DNA of 62,914 bases, counting the filler, from Octopus bimaculoides (taxonomy: Eukaryota), in the NCBI RefSeq assembly GCF_001194135.2. It is 8 parts of 8 records of this genome, joined end to end, with 100 filler letters (N's around TTAATTAATTAA, not from the genome) between each part and the next. Parts side by side here need not be neighbours in the genome. Positions count along the whole stretch, not along the records: positions 60,489 to 62,914 come from NC_068997.1; 7 more parts are not named here. The stretch is one strand, 5' to 3'. The translations under genes were made by a program, and so were the position numbers. Shown here one piece after another: positions 61,548 to 62,914 of the stretch. The notes beneath the pieces were generated by a model that saw only the letters and a program-made list of their open reading frames with translations, searched no databases and had not been told where the DNA came from. Within the stretch, counting starts at the first letter, position 1, and each line of letters begins with the position of its first letter.

Positions 61548-61690
61548 ACATGACGGGCTTCCATACAGTTTCTACCAGCCAAATTCATACACAATCTGTT
61601 ATTTGGCCGGAGGCTATAGTAGAAGAGACTTTGCGCAGGCGTCACGTGTAGTTGGACTGAACCCGGAACCGCACAGTCATGCCTGCGCCT
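61548..61690 (-). mobile_element. SINE family A, 5' half, inverted relative to its neighbours
   Basis: Reverse complement of the family A head, ending GCCTGCGCCT. Confidence 0.8.
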
Positions 61691-61755
61691 CTATATTATT
61701 TTATCTTCTTATGTTGTTGAAAATAAAGCCAGAAATGTTTCGCTTCTTTTCACAG

Positions 61756-61911
61756 TGTATGCAAGAAAACCGGAAAAAATGTTCGTGAATTATGGAGATG
61801 AGCTTGAATATCTAGATTATTACAGAGATGTAAATGATGCAGCAGATCCTACCAGCACCCAGCTACCGATTGGTAACGGAGGGCATCACCAAGGTGGCCG
61901 CTTCAGACCAG
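61756..61911 (+). CDS. Internal coding exon (phase 1-1): xYARKPEKMFVNYGDELEYLDYYRDVNDAADPTSTQLPIGNGGHHQGGRFRP
   Basis: Strong acceptor TTCGCTTCTTTTCACAG and donor CAG|GTTTGT; 156 nt open; GC higher than the flanks. Confidence 0.72.
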
Positions 61912-62514
61912 GTTTGTTATAATTAAACGTAGATTTTGGAAGGAATGTTTCCTTGTTTCTTTATATTTATTAATTTAGGAAAACTAATTTCGTGCGTTTG
62001 AATGAATTATAGTTTCATACATTTGATTTGAATGAAGTTAAAATGACTAATACTTAGAAAAAGACGGCTACTTGTTCGCTTACATTTAATGTACATAAAT
62101 TGAACATGTTTTCATCTTTCATATGCGCAATTTCTTTTCTTATTAGTATAAAAGAAAGTTGAACTCGTCGTCTTATAGGCTAGAGGAGGGATCGACTCTT
62201 TAAAAAAATTAATGAAAGAATTTAAAAAAAAAAGAAGACAAACAGGGAGCAAACTCAAGGACTTGTGTTTTTCATATAAGTATTTTAGCGAAACAAGTCA
62301 AGGATATGCTTTCTTACTCACACATACACACACACAGCGTATGTCAGCCCAGTAAAAATGAGGAGAACAATGTAAGCAAACAAGTCCCCCTCCCCTGTTT
62401 TTTAACCTAAATACTTCAGTCGACTCAGTTTCGGTTCAGAATTTGAGGTCCAGGAATAGAAGCTCGATGTCATTCACAGATTGGACGCGAAACAAGAAGA
62501 AATGTTGATTCTAT

Positions 62515-62885
62515 ATTGAGTTATACATTTCTGAGTTCAAATGCTGCCAAGGTTGACTTTGCCTTTCGGGGTCGATGAAACAAGAACCAATTGAGCATTG
62601 GGGTTAATGAAATCGATTGATCCATTTCTCCGAAATTTGAGGCTTTGAACCTTTGGCGGAAAGAATATTTAGTTACAGAGCCAAGGTGGCGAGCTGGCAG
62701 ATTCTTGACTGTGCCGGACAAAACGATAAACAACATTTCTTCCGGCTATTTATGTTCTGATTTCGAATGTCGCCGCGGTCGATTCGCTTTTTATATTTTC
62801 GGGGTCGTTAAAATCAGTATCATTTGAAGACTGGGTTTATACAATCGACATCACACTCCCCTCGAAATTAGAAAGAAGATTGCAA
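62515..62885 (+). mobile_element. Two adjacent decayed SINE family B copies
   Basis: Family B core twice; the second starts GGTGGCGAGCTGGCAG at ~62684. Confidence 0.75.
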
Positions 62886-62914
62886 AATATTTAATTACAG
62901 TCAGTTCGAAAAAG

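Overview
This is repeat-dense, gap-rich animal nuclear DNA, most likely a draft octopus assembly (inferred from an invertebrate-code cox1 fragment and octopus-type tRNA-derived SINEs). Most of it reads as intron of a + strand protein-coding gene that I cannot name; its best-supported exons are 29935-30060, 57638-57791 and 61756-61911. The rest is decayed or nested mobile DNA: four SINE families (labelled A-D here), another dispersed repeat family (F), RTE, R4/Dong, CR1-like, Tx1-like, I-like, CRE-like and Penelope-like retroelements, a Gypsy pol remnant split by a full-length mariner, DD41D, maT and hAT/piggyBac-like DNA elements, tandem Helitrons, micro/minisatellites and a cox1 NUMT. The most unusual signal is a minus-strand, ~624-nt-period direct-repeat element at 7.4-8.2 kb. 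Its repeat holds all hammerhead-ribozyme core motifs and helices in correct register but in a non-standard (pseudoknotted) order, so it is a candidate retrozyme with a non-circularly permuted hammerhead. I found no CRISPR array, rRNA gene or intact tRNA gene. Most ORFs in the supplied track are microsatellite or N-gap artefacts. All family assignments come from motif recognition by eye, not database searches.
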